Shown in pieces: positions 18,572 to 29,120 of a stretch of DNA of 51,619 nt (within the stretch, counting starts at the first letter, position 1; every line of letters begins with the position of its first letter). Below the pieces are notes generated by a model. That model saw only the letters and a list, made by a program, of their open reading frames with translations, had not been told where the DNA came from and made no database searches. Origin of the DNA: a virus (Duplodnaviria; Caudoviricetes); the IMG/VR virus record IMGVR_UViG_3300035397_000123, positions 1 through 51,619 of that record; one strand, given 5' to 3'. The position numbers and the translations under genes were made by a program.

Positions 18572-19756
18572 TTATTTAGGCCCGAGCACTTTTAATACTT
18601 TCCCGTTTCCATCTAAAATAACTTTATGGACAACGCCGGTGTTTGTGTTTCTTCTTTCACCATAATACTGACCTTGTGGTAGTTTAGGATCACCGGTAGC
18701 CGCAGGAGCCTTTTTGGGTGCGGCCACTGGCTTTTTGGTGGCAGTATCTGGCTTATTGGTTTTTTGAGTTTTTGGATTAACTGCTGGTTGTGTGTCAACG
18801 GCATCTCCACCTTTATCACCAATATACACCGATGTTTCTCCAAGTAATAACCCTGCTTTAGACAGCTCGTTTAGAGCCTTTTCCCTAAGTATTTGAAGCT
18901 CTTTATTTGCGGCATCTTTGTTTCCTGCAAACATTATATCATCAATCTTTGCTGATAAATCTTTTGCCTGCGCATTGTATTTATCAGCATTTTCTTGGAA
19001 GGTTTCGACTTTGAGTTTTACTTCATCTTTTATGTCCTGTCTTTTTGCAAGAAGGTTTTCAAGCCACTGCTCTTTGGATAAAATATCACTCTCATGCTGA
19101 CGCTGTTTCGCTTTTTCGTAACTATCAGCTTTGATTTTTGTGTCAAGCCTCTCGTTTCTACCCTCTTCAAGAGACCTTTTATACGACTCTTCTTTAGACA
19201 TGTGAGCCTGAACAGGCCCGACTTTTTTAATTTCTTCTGTTGACATCTCAGGGCGTAGTGTTGAGAGGTGGCTTATAACCTGTTCTTGGCCCAATGTGTT
19301 AAACCCCGGGACGGCAGAAGCAAGACTGTCATAATCAAATATAACCCTTTTCCTTCTAACTCCAGGGTCAATGTTTTTCAGCCTTTCCTCAAGGGATAAT
19401 ACTTGTTTTTGCATCGGCTCAGAAGATACCATTGGAGGCATAAGCGAGCTTCTTTTCTCTTGGTACTGCTCATACCACGGGTCGTTTGGTGTAAACTGCT
19501 TTGGAGCACCAAGAAGCCCTGATTGAAGACTACTCAATCCTTTCCCGTACTCATAGACTTGTTGCCGTTCTTCGGTTGCAGCTCTATTTTTTTGGTTCTC
19601 AGCAACACGCCGTAATGCTTCTTGGCCCTCTACCGTGCTTAACGCAGACGACCCAATTGTTTTTGCAAACAAATCAGGATTAGAAGAAATATTAGGGTCT
19701 CTCATTGCGTTAGTTATAATTTCAATGCCGTATTTGTTTGCGCTTGCGTAACTCAT
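18572..19756 (-). CDS. putative internal virion/ejection protein
   Basis: Helical, low-complexity, between tail genes and the giant protein. Confidence 0.55.
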   Translation of the reverse strand: MSYASANKYGIEIITNAMRDPNISSNPDLFAKTIGSSALSTVEGQEALRRVAENQKNRAATEERQQVYEYGKGLSSLQSGLLGAPKQFTPNDPWYEQYQEKRSSLMPPMVSSEPMQKQVLSLEERLKNIDPGVRRKRVIFDYDSLASAVPGFNTLGQEQVISHLSTLRPEMSTEEIKKVGPVQAHMSKEESYKRSLEEGRNERLDTKIKADSYEKAKQRQHESDILSKEQWLENLLAKRQDIKDEVKLKVETFQENADKYNAQAKDLSAKIDDIMFAGNKDAANKELQILREKALNELSKAGLLLGETSVYIGDKGGDAVDTQPAVNPKTQKTNKPDTATKKPVAAPKKAPAATGDPKLPQGQYYGERRNTNTGVVHKVILDGNGKVLKVLGPK

Positions 19757-20172
19757 GCTCTTTTACCTCCGAGTGAATTAACTGAAGACATCATTCCAAT
19801 CATGAAATTCTTGGCTATGCCTTCCCGGTCATCATCATTTTCAATACTTTTCCTTAAAGCGTATTCCTCTGCCCTTCTTTTGAGAGCGTTGTTTTTTTCA
19901 GAATCTGCCATTTGCCGAGTAGTCATTCCTTGATTAAAGGCAGTCTCTCTTTTTCGTGTGATTTCAGCCTGATTCTGCATGATCCTATTGAAAAGTGTCT
20001 GTTCTCTTTGTTCCGCACGATCTTGAATACCAAAATCATACTCTCTTCTTGAGTTTAGAGTTTGTTGAAAGTTTTTATGGAGCTTGTCTCCAAGGTCGGT
20101 GAATGCTGATAGTATACCGGCACCTGATGACCCACTGCTTTGTGCGTCTTTATCTGCATCTGCCTCTGCCAT
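19753..20172 (-). CDS. putative internal virion protein
   Basis: GGAG RBS; Gly/Ser N-terminus and Q/R-rich helix; position. Confidence 0.5.
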   Translation of the reverse strand: MAEADADKDAQSSGSSGAGILSAFTDLGDKLHKNFQQTLNSRREYDFGIQDRAEQREQTLFNRIMQNQAEITRKRETAFNQGMTTRQMADSEKNNALKRRAEEYALRKSIENDDDREGIAKNFMIGMMSSVNSLGGKRA

Positions 20173-20182
20173 ATTTATCTCC

Positions 20183-22195
20183 TTAGCTCCAGTTTACTTG
20201 GTTTGAAATGTTGTTATTATTTAAGGTGTCTGTGAGTATCCCCATTGTAGAAGCACTACCAATAACACCTGCAAGATTATCTCGGAATGTGGAGCCTTCA
20301 CCAGTTTTAACGCCAATAAAGTCTTTAAATCTTCCGACTATACCATTCTCTCCTTTTCCAAGAAGCTCTTTTGTATTGATATTTATTGTATTGCCTGTAG
20401 CAACATCTTGAAAAGTATAAGTTGCATAATCTTTACCATAATCATCATAACCCTTTGCCGTCAACTTAAACGGCTTTCCTCCAATATTAACAACAGCGTT
20501 GTTGTCTATGCCTTCAAAAGTATCTATAACCTGAACCATTCTTGACCCAACCTTACCCGATTGTGTTTGCCATGTGGTAGCATCCGGGTTTACATTTCTA
20601 AGGACATTTTTCACTTTATTCCAAACTTCAGGCTGTGAGTAAGCTGCTGCCCAATCAGTGTTAGTTCCTGCAAGGTAGCTATCAACAAGGAATTTTGTCT
20701 CTTCTTCTTTGGCCTTGTTAATCATCTGAGTTCCCGATACTATCCCAAGACCTGCATTGTCAAGCATTGACCGTTGAGCATCTGTGAGGTAGTCTGAATA
20801 CCCGTTTGCGGCATAATAAGCAGCTCCGACTATTTCACCAAGCGCAAGGCTTGCCTGTTCCTTCTGTTGTGCTGAAGCATTCGGATTCATAAGAACATCC
20901 TGGTACGATTTAGCTTGTCCTGAGAGCATGAGTTTCAACGGTGAGCCGTCCCCGTTATCCCACCAATCCATTACCGATGCCCCAAGCTTAAGACCACTTG
21001 AAGCCGCTTCTGTGTCTCCACTTACAAGTCCGTTTAGAATTGTTTCCCGCTCTTCAGGGGTAAATTCAAGTCCTTGGATTGCACTGCTTTGGTTCCACAA
21101 TTCAAAGTATTTCTTACCCATGAGCTGTTGCATTTCAGGGGAAGCGTCCGCCCCGAAGTTGGTCATCCAAGTTTCGATATTTCCAATGCTCGCTTGAATA
21201 TCGGGAAGGGCAGCTTTTGAATAATCCACTCCAAACCCATAAAGACCTGAAGCAAGTTCTGTCGCTTTTCCGATGTTTTCATCACCGCCAAGAGAAAGAA
21301 GCTCACTTATCTGGCCTTGAGTTTTGAGATAGTCTTGATTCTTTCTTTCGTAATCAAGTTTTTCTTGCTCTCTTACAAGTCTATCCGCTTCCATCTGTCG
21401 GTCGTAATCAATCTTATCAAGACCGAGTGTCGTTGTAATCAAGTCCTTCCCCGCTGCAACCTGAGCCGCTGCTTCGGTGGTTGCAATATCCTGTGCAACT
21501 TGACCCTGTTGAAGTGCATTTTGGCGATTAAGATTCGCACCGAGAACCCCCGCAACTTGGTCTGATTGACCGGTTTGTGCGATTTCCTGCTGTTGAGCGG
21601 CTTTTCCTGCGGCCTGTGAAGCCCCGAGACGGCCAAGGGCTTGATTCGCTTGCATATCGTAGACTGAGTTCTGCCCTGAAGCTACTCCCTTGAGAATATT
21701 CATGCTATCAGAGATCGTCTTTTGGTTCTGCTGACTTGTACCAGGAAATTGAATGAGGTTTGTCGGTTGCTGCTGAAAAGGAGACGGGTCGTTTCTGTTG
21801 ACCTGCGGAGGTGGTGCAAACTGAGTCTGCTGATTCGGGTTCAGTGTTTGGGGTTGCATATATCCACCGGTTTGGTAGCCTTGGATGTAACCGCCGGTTT
21901 GATACCCGGGAAGGCCAAGTGATTTTTCTGCCTGCATTGCTTGCATTTGTTCGGTTTCAGTATTAAGCGGGACGGCCTTGGCAGGAGTAACATATCTTCC
22001 AAGTGGGGTGTCTTGAACTGTCTCTCCTTCATGGACAATAGACGGCCTTCCCGTAGAATAGTCGATCATTGCCGGTTTATCAGGTTGAAGTATCCCATCT
22101 GCACCTTTTCCTGTATAAACACCCAATACTGAGGCAATTTTATCCTCTTCACTTGGCTTGCTTTTCAGTTGTGCGAGTTTTTCCCAATACCTCAT
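20183..22195 (-). CDS. putative ejection/DNA transfer protein
   Basis: IVHEGETV motif, tandem GYQTGG repeats, Q/A-rich helices. Confidence 0.55.
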   Translation of the reverse strand: MRYWEKLAQLKSKPSEEDKIASVLGVYTGKGADGILQPDKPAMIDYSTGRPSIVHEGETVQDTPLGRYVTPAKAVPLNTETEQMQAMQAEKSLGLPGYQTGGYIQGYQTGGYMQPQTLNPNQQTQFAPPPQVNRNDPSPFQQQPTNLIQFPGTSQQNQKTISDSMNILKGVASGQNSVYDMQANQALGRLGASQAAGKAAQQQEIAQTGQSDQVAGVLGANLNRQNALQQGQVAQDIATTEAAAQVAAGKDLITTTLGLDKIDYDRQMEADRLVREQEKLDYERKNQDYLKTQGQISELLSLGGDENIGKATELASGLYGFGVDYSKAALPDIQASIGNIETWMTNFGADASPEMQQLMGKKYFELWNQSSAIQGLEFTPEERETILNGLVSGDTEAASSGLKLGASVMDWWDNGDGSPLKLMLSGQAKSYQDVLMNPNASAQQKEQASLALGEIVGAAYYAANGYSDYLTDAQRSMLDNAGLGIVSGTQMINKAKEEETKFLVDSYLAGTNTDWAAAYSQPEVWNKVKNVLRNVNPDATTWQTQSGKVGSRMVQVIDTFEGIDNNAVVNIGGKPFKLTAKGYDDYGKDYATYTFQDVATGNTININTKELLGKGENGIVGRFKDFIGVKTGEGSTFRDNLAGVIGSASTMGILTDTLNNNNISNQVNWS

Positions 22196-22380
22196 AGTGT
22201 TGAAACCTTTCTACTGCTTTTGCCGATTCTCAATGTTATAGAATCTTTGTCGAAAGAAAGCAGTTCTATACTGTTAAGTTTTTTCAATGCTTGAATCTCA
22301 TTCCATATATTCGTGAAATTTCTATTAAGAAGGTCTTGAACCCTCTTGTCATCCATTTGGATTTTTTCAAGTGTGTTCAT
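22192..22380 (-). CDS. small virion-associated hypothetical protein
   Basis: ATGA-coupled to both neighbours. Confidence 0.55.
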   Translation of the reverse strand: MNTLEKIQMDDKRVQDLLNRNFTNIWNEIQALKKLNSIELLSFDKDSITLRIGKSSRKVSTL

Positions 22381-23654
22381 AGTCTCCCGCAAGTATTGTT
22401 TCCGAAGTTTTCCGTAATATCTGAAATAAAGTAATTTATAGCACTAACTGAAATTGGAGCAGAAAAAACCCTTAAATCGAATACTCTGTTAGAGCCTTCT
22501 GCTACCGTGTTGCCTTCTGCAATTGCTCCGTAAGATAGAAAGAATGATCCTACCGGAAGAACGGTTAATTCAACCGGGGTTCCTTCGTCAAGGATTACAT
22601 CGTCTTGGTTTGAAACAACAACAACAAACCCTTCTTGGAGAGTTATTGTGTCGGAGAGTTGCCATAGAGATGTTTTTCCGTCAGGGCCAAGACCAGTTGA
22701 TCGAGTTACGGGAAGGCCTTCCCCGGTAATCACATCTACCCCAATTCTCCTTGAAAGCCTAAACAAGGCATTTCCAAGTTCCTTCTGAAAATCGACATCA
22801 CTCATTCCGTTTTTAAATGGGAACTTTGCCTTATCATATCTTTCAAGAAACGCCTCTGATTTAATAAACCTATACTGAGAATCGGAAGTCTCAAAAGCAA
22901 CTTGTAGTGGGTTCCCTCTTACATCTCTGTCGAAAAACAGTTCGACATCCATTGGAATATCTACAGACTTTGCTTTGGAGTTGATTTTATCATCGGCATA
23001 TAATTCTATGTCTATTACTGAGTTCTCCCGTAGACCTTCCTCAGTATACCCTGTTGTCCCCTGCCGTTCTTTGTAAATCGGACTGAAGAAAAGGGAAAGG
23101 TCGCTCATTTGTTGTTGATAGGATTCGTGGGAAGTGGTAAATTCAGGAAGTCTCACCCGTGTTCGGATTGCATATCCTTCAGCCTTGAACGGATCGGCCT
23201 TATCAAGCCATGAATCGAGAATCTTTGAGTTTAAGCAGGCTTTTCGGGGATTATCTGTGTAAGGAAGGCCTGTTGCTGAATCATAAATAACCATTTGAAA
23301 ATTATCATCATTATCATAAAGAGGGATGACTGACCCGTAGTTATCCGGTACAACAAACCCCGTATCCCCGTTCTCGCTCCACCCATACCCTTGTTCGGTG
23401 CTATTCCCATACTGATACGACCTTCGGTTTTCATTATTACCAAGGCCGTTATTCAGAATGTCCGTGTCATCTACAATTATTTTATGTGCTTCACCAGAGA
23501 AGGATAGAATGTACTCACCTGGATACTTGTATTCGTGCTTTCCTGACATGACAGTAGCAGATGTGCCGTCCCCGAAATCCATAAACACAGCCTCGGATTC
23601 ATCCTCGAACTGTATTGTTACCGGAGCGACACCCCTGCTGTAAATAAAGTCCAT
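22377..23654 (-). CDS. PKD-domain tail protein
   Basis: N-terminal APVTIQF...MDFGDGTS...HEYKYPGEY PKD signature. Confidence 0.75.
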   Translation of the reverse strand: MDFIYSRGVAPVTIQFEDESEAVFMDFGDGTSATVMSGKHEYKYPGEYILSFSGEAHKIIVDDTDILNNGLGNNENRRSYQYGNSTEQGYGWSENGDTGFVVPDNYGSVIPLYDNDDNFQMVIYDSATGLPYTDNPRKACLNSKILDSWLDKADPFKAEGYAIRTRVRLPEFTTSHESYQQQMSDLSLFFSPIYKERQGTTGYTEEGLRENSVIDIELYADDKINSKAKSVDIPMDVELFFDRDVRGNPLQVAFETSDSQYRFIKSEAFLERYDKAKFPFKNGMSDVDFQKELGNALFRLSRRIGVDVITGEGLPVTRSTGLGPDGKTSLWQLSDTITLQEGFVVVVSNQDDVILDEGTPVELTVLPVGSFFLSYGAIAEGNTVAEGSNRVFDLRVFSAPISVSAINYFISDITENFGNNTCGRL

Positions 23655-23857
23655 TAAGACCCTTCGTTTGCGCCGATCTCACCACCCTGGGGAGGGACGG
23701 CCTGTTGCGGAGGATTCAAAACACCCTCCAAGTATCCATATTTCTCAACATACTTTGAGATGATGTGGTTCATGTTATTAATAGACTTCGCCATTGAAGT
23801 CACAATTTCACACACATGTAACGCTGCATCACTCGGACTTGCTGTTCCACCATTCAT
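23654..23857 (-). CDS. hypothetical protein
   Basis: AAGGAG RBS; follows an internal promoter. Confidence 0.6.
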   Translation of the reverse strand: MNGGTASPSDAALHVCEIVTSMAKSINNMNHIISKYVEKYGYLEGVLNPPQQAVPPQGGEIGANEGS

Positions 23858-23897
23858 AAAATCTCCTTTTAAAAAATTGTAAGGTTTTCCAGTTATT

Positions 23898-23927
23898 AAA
23901 ATAACTCTTTTCTATCAACTATGCCAA
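23898..23927 (-). promoter_or_regulatory. internal late promoter
   Basis: TTGGCA...AAAAGAGTTATTTT; the AAAAGAGTTATWTT element recurs upstream of the TerS-like gene (51214-51227). Confidence 0.45.
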
Positions 23928-23936
23928 CAATATTCT

Positions 23937-24623
23937 TTACGACCATTTTCTGACATTGGAATAATAATCGACATGAGCACGAGCACCCACACCTGGGAGT
24001 GGCAAAAGATACCACGCCTTATTATTTAAATCCTTAATAAATGACTCGTTTTTATACCCAAGTGCCTTCGGAGGCATTTTAGGAACGGGGTCACGATTTA
24101 TAACACACCTTGTCGAATTTATAGGTAGCATTCTAAATTTATCCCGGAATATCCTACCACCTACCATTGGTGCCCCAAAAGTTAAACATCCGCATGGAAT
24201 ACCGAGTATTTGAGCCACGGTGTATGCACCGATAATAGCCAAGGCTCCTCCCCGTGAATGACCGAAAAATTGAACCCTCTTATTATGCCCTTCCGCAGAA
24301 ACAATCTTCAAAATTTCATCCTTGAATTTTGTGAAAGTCTCATACCAACCTTGGTGCATATCTCCAACCTTTTTAATGCCATCAAGATTGTTAATCCAGT
24401 CAGGCAATTGCTTTGACCCTTGGAAAACAACCACAAGTCGGGTGGGTTCGTTTGAGACTATGCAGATATCATAGTCTCTTTTTAGTGGGTAGAAGTCACG
24501 CAAAGGGTTTTTGCGATATATTGGATTGTTGGGAGGGACATCTTTTCCTTCATCAAACAAATCCACAAGTTCACAATATTCAACCGCATCAAGCAACGCC
24601 GGAGAGTACTCATATTTACTCAT
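23937..24623 (-). CDS. class 3 lipase (alpha/beta hydrolase)
   Basis: VVVFQGS, HQGW, nucleophile elbow GHSRGGALA, TFGAPMVG, DPVPKMP, C-terminal His (AHVDY). Confidence 0.9.
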   Translation of the reverse strand: MSKYEYSPALLDAVEYCELVDLFDEGKDVPPNNPIYRKNPLRDFYPLKRDYDICIVSNEPTRLVVVFQGSKQLPDWINNLDGIKKVGDMHQGWYETFTKFKDEILKIVSAEGHNKRVQFFGHSRGGALAIIGAYTVAQILGIPCGCLTFGAPMVGGRIFRDKFRMLPINSTRCVINRDPVPKMPPKALGYKNESFIKDLNNKAWYLLPLPGVGARAHVDYYSNVRKWS

Positions 24624-25264
24624 TTCAACCCCCATCTGTTTTTTGAAATTCTTCCAAGTACGGATAACAATTGACACCACTCAATGTAATGTGCTGGAAT
24701 TTTTTCATGAAACTTCTTTTCCCGCTCAAAAATTGACAATGGGAAAAACCGCACAGAATATCTGTTTCGATACTCCCCCCATATTATACCGATATGTGCA
24801 TCGTAAGTACCTTCGCAGAACTCACGCCATGAACGGCATTTAGGCTCCGTGCAAGCTTTGCACCGTTCATTCGGGCAATTATCAGAACTTGGTCGAGCGA
24901 TGTGGTTTTCATATAGACGATCACGCATATACCTTTCAGCTTTTAGGAAACACGCATCAATCAAATCAGCATGGCGGGCAAGGATATTCCCGAATTGCGA
25001 ACTGTCAATGTGTACCCTACCCTCATGCATCTCTGTTTGCAGCGCATAGGCATAGTCAGTTTTAGCCGATTCTATAACAGGTTTCATGCGATCACGGTAA
25101 ACGGTCATTTGCTTTGAAAGTACTTTAAAATCAAGAGCATGGTAGAGAGAGTAAAACAGTATCCCTATTACAATGCAGAGCGAAAAAATAACAAGGGAGA
25201 ACTCCCCTTTATCAATTAGTTTTGTGATTAATGATACCGAACTATTCAGTAATATTTCCGGCAT
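24620..25264 (-). CDS. membrane protein, holin-like
   Basis: Single N-terminal hydrophobic helix (FSLVIFSLCIVIGILFYSLY); lies between tail fibre and lipase. Confidence 0.45.
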   Translation of the reverse strand: MPEILLNSSVSLITKLIDKGEFSLVIFSLCIVIGILFYSLYHALDFKVLSKQMTVYRDRMKPVIESAKTDYAYALQTEMHEGRVHIDSSQFGNILARHADLIDACFLKAERYMRDRLYENHIARPSSDNCPNERCKACTEPKCRSWREFCEGTYDAHIGIIWGEYRNRYSVRFFPLSIFEREKKFHEKIPAHYIEWCQLLSVLGRISKNRWGLK

Positions 25265-25571
25265 CTGTTTTCCGCTCCCTTACTATCTGTGCAATAGCCC
25301 CTATCCCATCCTTGACATCCTTAATTGTGACTGCACCAAAAAGCACTACCGTATCATCAAGGTCTTTGACATCGCAGTAAAACACCCCGTCCTCTATTAG
25401 CTCACCTTCGTGGGTGATAGCGTTGCTACAAATCCTTATCTGTCCTTCACGAAGTGCGAGCTTGTCACCTGTCAAGTCGATTCTATACAGTGCGAAGGTG
25501 CAGTCCGGAACTTCGATGTATTCTGTTCCGTTGATTGTTTTGATTTGTTTGCGTCCTGTTACTTTTAACAT
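25242..25571 (-). CDS. hypothetical protein, possible tail fibre chaperone
   Basis: AAGGAG RBS; immediately downstream of the long tail fibre. Confidence 0.5.
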   Translation of the reverse strand: MLKVTGRKQIKTINGTEYIEVPDCTFALYRIDLTGDKLALREGQIRICSNAITHEGELIEDGVFYCDVKDLDDTVVLFGAVTIKDVKDGIGAIAQIVRERKTDAGNITE

Positions 25572-25586
25572 TTTGTCATTCTCCTT

Positions 25587-28500
25587 TTATAATTGATAAA
25601 TAAAACTCTGTCTTGTAAAACCCTTTAAACCTGTATCAGCGGCACCCGACGAATAGCTAATAAGTAACCCGCTAACTAATTTTCTTGAAAATGTTATAAC
25701 ACCGTCCGTGCCGATAGTACAAGCCCCTGAACATGTTATACCTGCTGAAATAACTTGAACATTATCAACCTGCGTATTCGATGCAGGCCTAAGGTGTACA
25801 GGGAGTGTGCTTAAGGTTAAAGTAACCCCAGAAGCTGTACCTGTTGACTCTTCAATGGAAAGTGTCACAATTCTACCGGTAATCTGATATTTCACAAGCG
25901 TAGTTGTGTTTGTCGTTCTTCCGCCAACAGTCATTGTCACTTGCCCAGTAGCACAAATAGGATTCTCTAAGCCATCTTCGCCCTCTGTGTGTAAAAACGA
26001 TTTACTGTCAATATCCTTCGCGAATAGTTTCGCCCCATCGGATACTGCCGATGCGGTGCCGTTGTTGATCTGCAATGAGCCTTCACTTTTAAACCTGCAA
26101 TGCTCAAAGATGGTAGTACCTGTCTTTCGCAGTTGTATAGCTAAATCAGTACTTGATAATTCGTGGTCTGGTCGTATTGCAACGATATTTGCAAAAGCTG
26201 TCGATAATGCTGAACCTGTTACCGATAAGCCAATCGACGCAAACATATTATCGTTTGCGCTTGTGTTTGTGTTGTATGCAGCTATGCCTCTGATTACTGC
26301 TGTGGTAGGTGAATATATTGTACTAACAGTAAAGCTCCTTGACAATATGACACTTCCGGCATCATCCCAAGCATTCAACAGCCGAGTCCCCGCAGTTCCG
26401 AGGCTCCACAGGTTGCCGGAGGTGTCGGCGTAGATGCCGGTATATGATGCCGTTACTGTGGGAGCCGATGATAATATTTCCGGTATCTCCAAAAGTCCCG
26501 AATTGTAAACAGATAATGCTGTTCTTATCCCGTAACCGGTTGACGGAGGTGTCCCGTACCCAAGCTTTAAATCAAACCGTGATGGGATATATGTATACCC
26601 GTCAGCAGTCTGACTAAAAGTCATTTGCCCCCCAAGCCGATAAGTGTTTGAGTACATACCATAGCCCTGAAAATCGAAAAGAATATCCGTCGCTACAGTA
26701 TTCCCGTTCGACCCTAAAGTATTGTTTCTGTTTTTCTTTGCCATTATTTGCGCAGAATGTGCCGCAGTTGTTGAAAAACATTCAAGCTCTAAAAGGTTTG
26801 CGTTTGCGGCAATACGACTGTAAAAACTATTATTAGCCGCAAGCGTTGCCCCGTTTATCGATATACCTGTTTTGCTTGTAGTCATTCCATTAGTAGCACT
26901 TGTCCACAACGGGTCAATCCAAGAGCGAACCCCCGCCGTAGTGCTTGACAGAATAAAACCACTTGTAGCTGGATTTCCAAGTGCCGCCTCCGCCCCGACA
27001 TTTGCGGCGGATAACGCTACACCATTGATTTTGTATGTTTGACCGGTGGGAATGTTTATTCCGTGTGTAAACTCAAAATTTGTGTCTAATGAATTCGGGG
27101 CATATATCGCAGACCCTAAACCATTAGTATTAAAATCAAGTGTCCATCCGCTTGTATCGTCGATGTAATAAAGCGAAAACCTTCTTGGGTTTGCCCCTAT
27201 CTGAAAACCTGTATCGTAATCTGGGAGGTAAAGGGTTGCTGGGTTTGCGGTGGGGTAAAGATTGCCGCCTGATTGTGTCCACTTACTCTGATAATCAACC
27301 CCGACACTCAACGCAATATCAGCACCATTGCCGGTTATTGTCGTTCCGTCAACTGACACTTGCGAAAGATATGACCCACTTGGAAAACTAATCTGTGAAA
27401 CCTTTGTGCCGAGTATAGTTATTTTATCTGCTACAATCCAGTTCGCACTTGTGTATTTAATAATATACTTACGCACAAATACTAATTCTGATGCGTTGAA
27501 ACCATCAAGATTAAGCGATGCAGGTTGTGCATTTCTTGCATCCGTTATAGTATTATATTGTGCTTGACCTTGTACGAAAATTCTACCGTGTACTAATAGT
27601 CCCGGATTCTCAAGCTCGTACACAACGGTAAATCTGGTGGTATCAAGTAAGGTTTGTACTATGCCATTATTCCAGTAAGGTCTGTTTGAAAGTAGAGGAA
27701 TAATATCAGCGTTACCAGTTGACCATTGCGCACCATCTGCACCGATGTTCATTATTGTATAACTACCTGCTACAGTCGGAGCAGGAAAAGGATTGTCTTC
27801 GTCTAAGCAGCTTGATGCGGATACTGTAGGTCTACGGTTTGCCTCCGTTGTAGAATTTAATACAATTGTCGATTCATCACCGCCAGATATATGCTGTGTG
27901 CCTATACCTAAATGCTGATTCTTATGGTTCTCCCATCCGATAAAACCATGAATTTCTCTCTGATAAAACTCTACCGCTCCGGTAGTTCTGTTTAAAATGC
28001 CGATAGCTATCTGTACTTTTTTATAATCAAAAGAATCGACAGACCATTCAGTAGTCACGCCATCGCTCTGAAGAAAAATCTGTCTCGACCCCGGATATAC
28101 TCCTGCGTGTTCTGGTGATGTCCAAGGAGTCGTTCTGCCGTCAATAGAAGTCGGTACATTGTTGACATAAGCGAGAGAACCGGAACCAGAAAGCGTAATA
28201 GTGTGAGCGACAAGATCACCTGTCATTACCACATCTTCGGGAGACTCGAAGCCGGTAGGCTCAAGGGTGATAGTGGAAGGGCGGTCGGTTAGTGAATTGT
28301 ATACCGGATACCCGAACTCAAGAGCGTCCTCACCGCTGCTCACTCGTACAAATTGTCCGGCCTGCCCAGTGTATGCCGAAGGTGTATCTGTTAGGTCGAG
28401 GAATGTTGATGCACCTGTGCTTATTGGTACACCGCCTATTTTATATGTAGTCCCAAGTGGAATATCAACACCTGTTTCAATTGAAAAAGTTGCAGTTTTT

Positions 28501-29120
28501 TCGATATCCAATGTTCCGTCTTCAAATTTTACTACTTGGAATTGTTTAGTATTGTGGTATGAATATTCTGCACCTACAGTATTCGTATATCCATAATAAT
28601 ATCCACCATTCACACCTTCTGTTATTTTTGCAAACTCATTTGTAGCATTCTCAAAATCTTTAATAAAATATGTTGCACCTGTTTTTGATGCTATTGCAAT
28701 ATTGTTACCACCAAGATCAGTTCCATTTGCATTTATTGTACCTCCCCAAACAGATAGTCCAATATACATTTTCTGACCAAAGTAAGAATGCTCTCTTTCT
28801 ATAGTAAGGTTTGACATACTGAGTATTGAGTAGTAATTATTGTTTACGCCTGTTGGCCCACCTATATTATATGTCGAAAAAGCAGACAATAACACCCCAT
28901 CCTGAGAGCCTGAAGGCGTGAGTTTTGTACCTGACTCTTCCCAAAAACTATCCCCACCACCTATCTCGTAATAAACAGGGGTCGGGCTTCCATTATCATC
29001 ACGGACTATTATTTTTTCGGAAGTTCTCCCGAAGGCGAACATCCCGTCTTTTATTCCACCGCTCTTTATAAACGAATCGGTTGCCCGAACTCTTATTACA
29101 TCACGATATAAATCACTCAT
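25587..29120 (-). CDS. long tail fibre / receptor-binding protein
   Basis: 1177 aa, G/S/T-rich; FLDLTDTPSAYTGQAGQFVRV fibre repeat; duplicated IP.G.TYKI.GV module; C-terminal LPVHLRP fibre-tip motif. Confidence 0.85.
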   Translation of the reverse strand: MSDLYRDVIRVRATDSFIKSGGIKDGMFAFGRTSEKIIVRDDNGSPTPVYYEIGGGDSFWEESGTKLTPSGSQDGVLLSAFSTYNIGGPTGVNNNYYSILSMSNLTIEREHSYFGQKMYIGLSVWGGTINANGTDLGGNNIAIASKTGATYFIKDFENATNEFAKITEGVNGGYYYGYTNTVGAEYSYHNTKQFQVVKFEDGTLDIEKTATFSIETGVDIPLGTTYKIGGVPISTGASTFLDLTDTPSAYTGQAGQFVRVSSGEDALEFGYPVYNSLTDRPSTITLEPTGFESPEDVVMTGDLVAHTITLSGSGSLAYVNNVPTSIDGRTTPWTSPEHAGVYPGSRQIFLQSDGVTTEWSVDSFDYKKVQIAIGILNRTTGAVEFYQREIHGFIGWENHKNQHLGIGTQHISGGDESTIVLNSTTEANRRPTVSASSCLDEDNPFPAPTVAGSYTIMNIGADGAQWSTGNADIIPLLSNRPYWNNGIVQTLLDTTRFTVVYELENPGLLVHGRIFVQGQAQYNTITDARNAQPASLNLDGFNASELVFVRKYIIKYTSANWIVADKITILGTKVSQISFPSGSYLSQVSVDGTTITGNGADIALSVGVDYQSKWTQSGGNLYPTANPATLYLPDYDTGFQIGANPRRFSLYYIDDTSGWTLDFNTNGLGSAIYAPNSLDTNFEFTHGINIPTGQTYKINGVALSAANVGAEAALGNPATSGFILSSTTAGVRSWIDPLWTSATNGMTTSKTGISINGATLAANNSFYSRIAANANLLELECFSTTAAHSAQIMAKKNRNNTLGSNGNTVATDILFDFQGYGMYSNTYRLGGQMTFSQTADGYTYIPSRFDLKLGYGTPPSTGYGIRTALSVYNSGLLEIPEILSSAPTVTASYTGIYADTSGNLWSLGTAGTRLLNAWDDAGSVILSRSFTVSTIYSPTTAVIRGIAAYNTNTSANDNMFASIGLSVTGSALSTAFANIVAIRPDHELSSTDLAIQLRKTGTTIFEHCRFKSEGSLQINNGTASAVSDGAKLFAKDIDSKSFLHTEGEDGLENPICATGQVTMTVGGRTTNTTTLVKYQITGRIVTLSIEESTGTASGVTLTLSTLPVHLRPASNTQVDNVQVISAGITCSGACTIGTDGVITFSRKLVSGLLISYSSGAADTGLKGFTRQSFIYQL

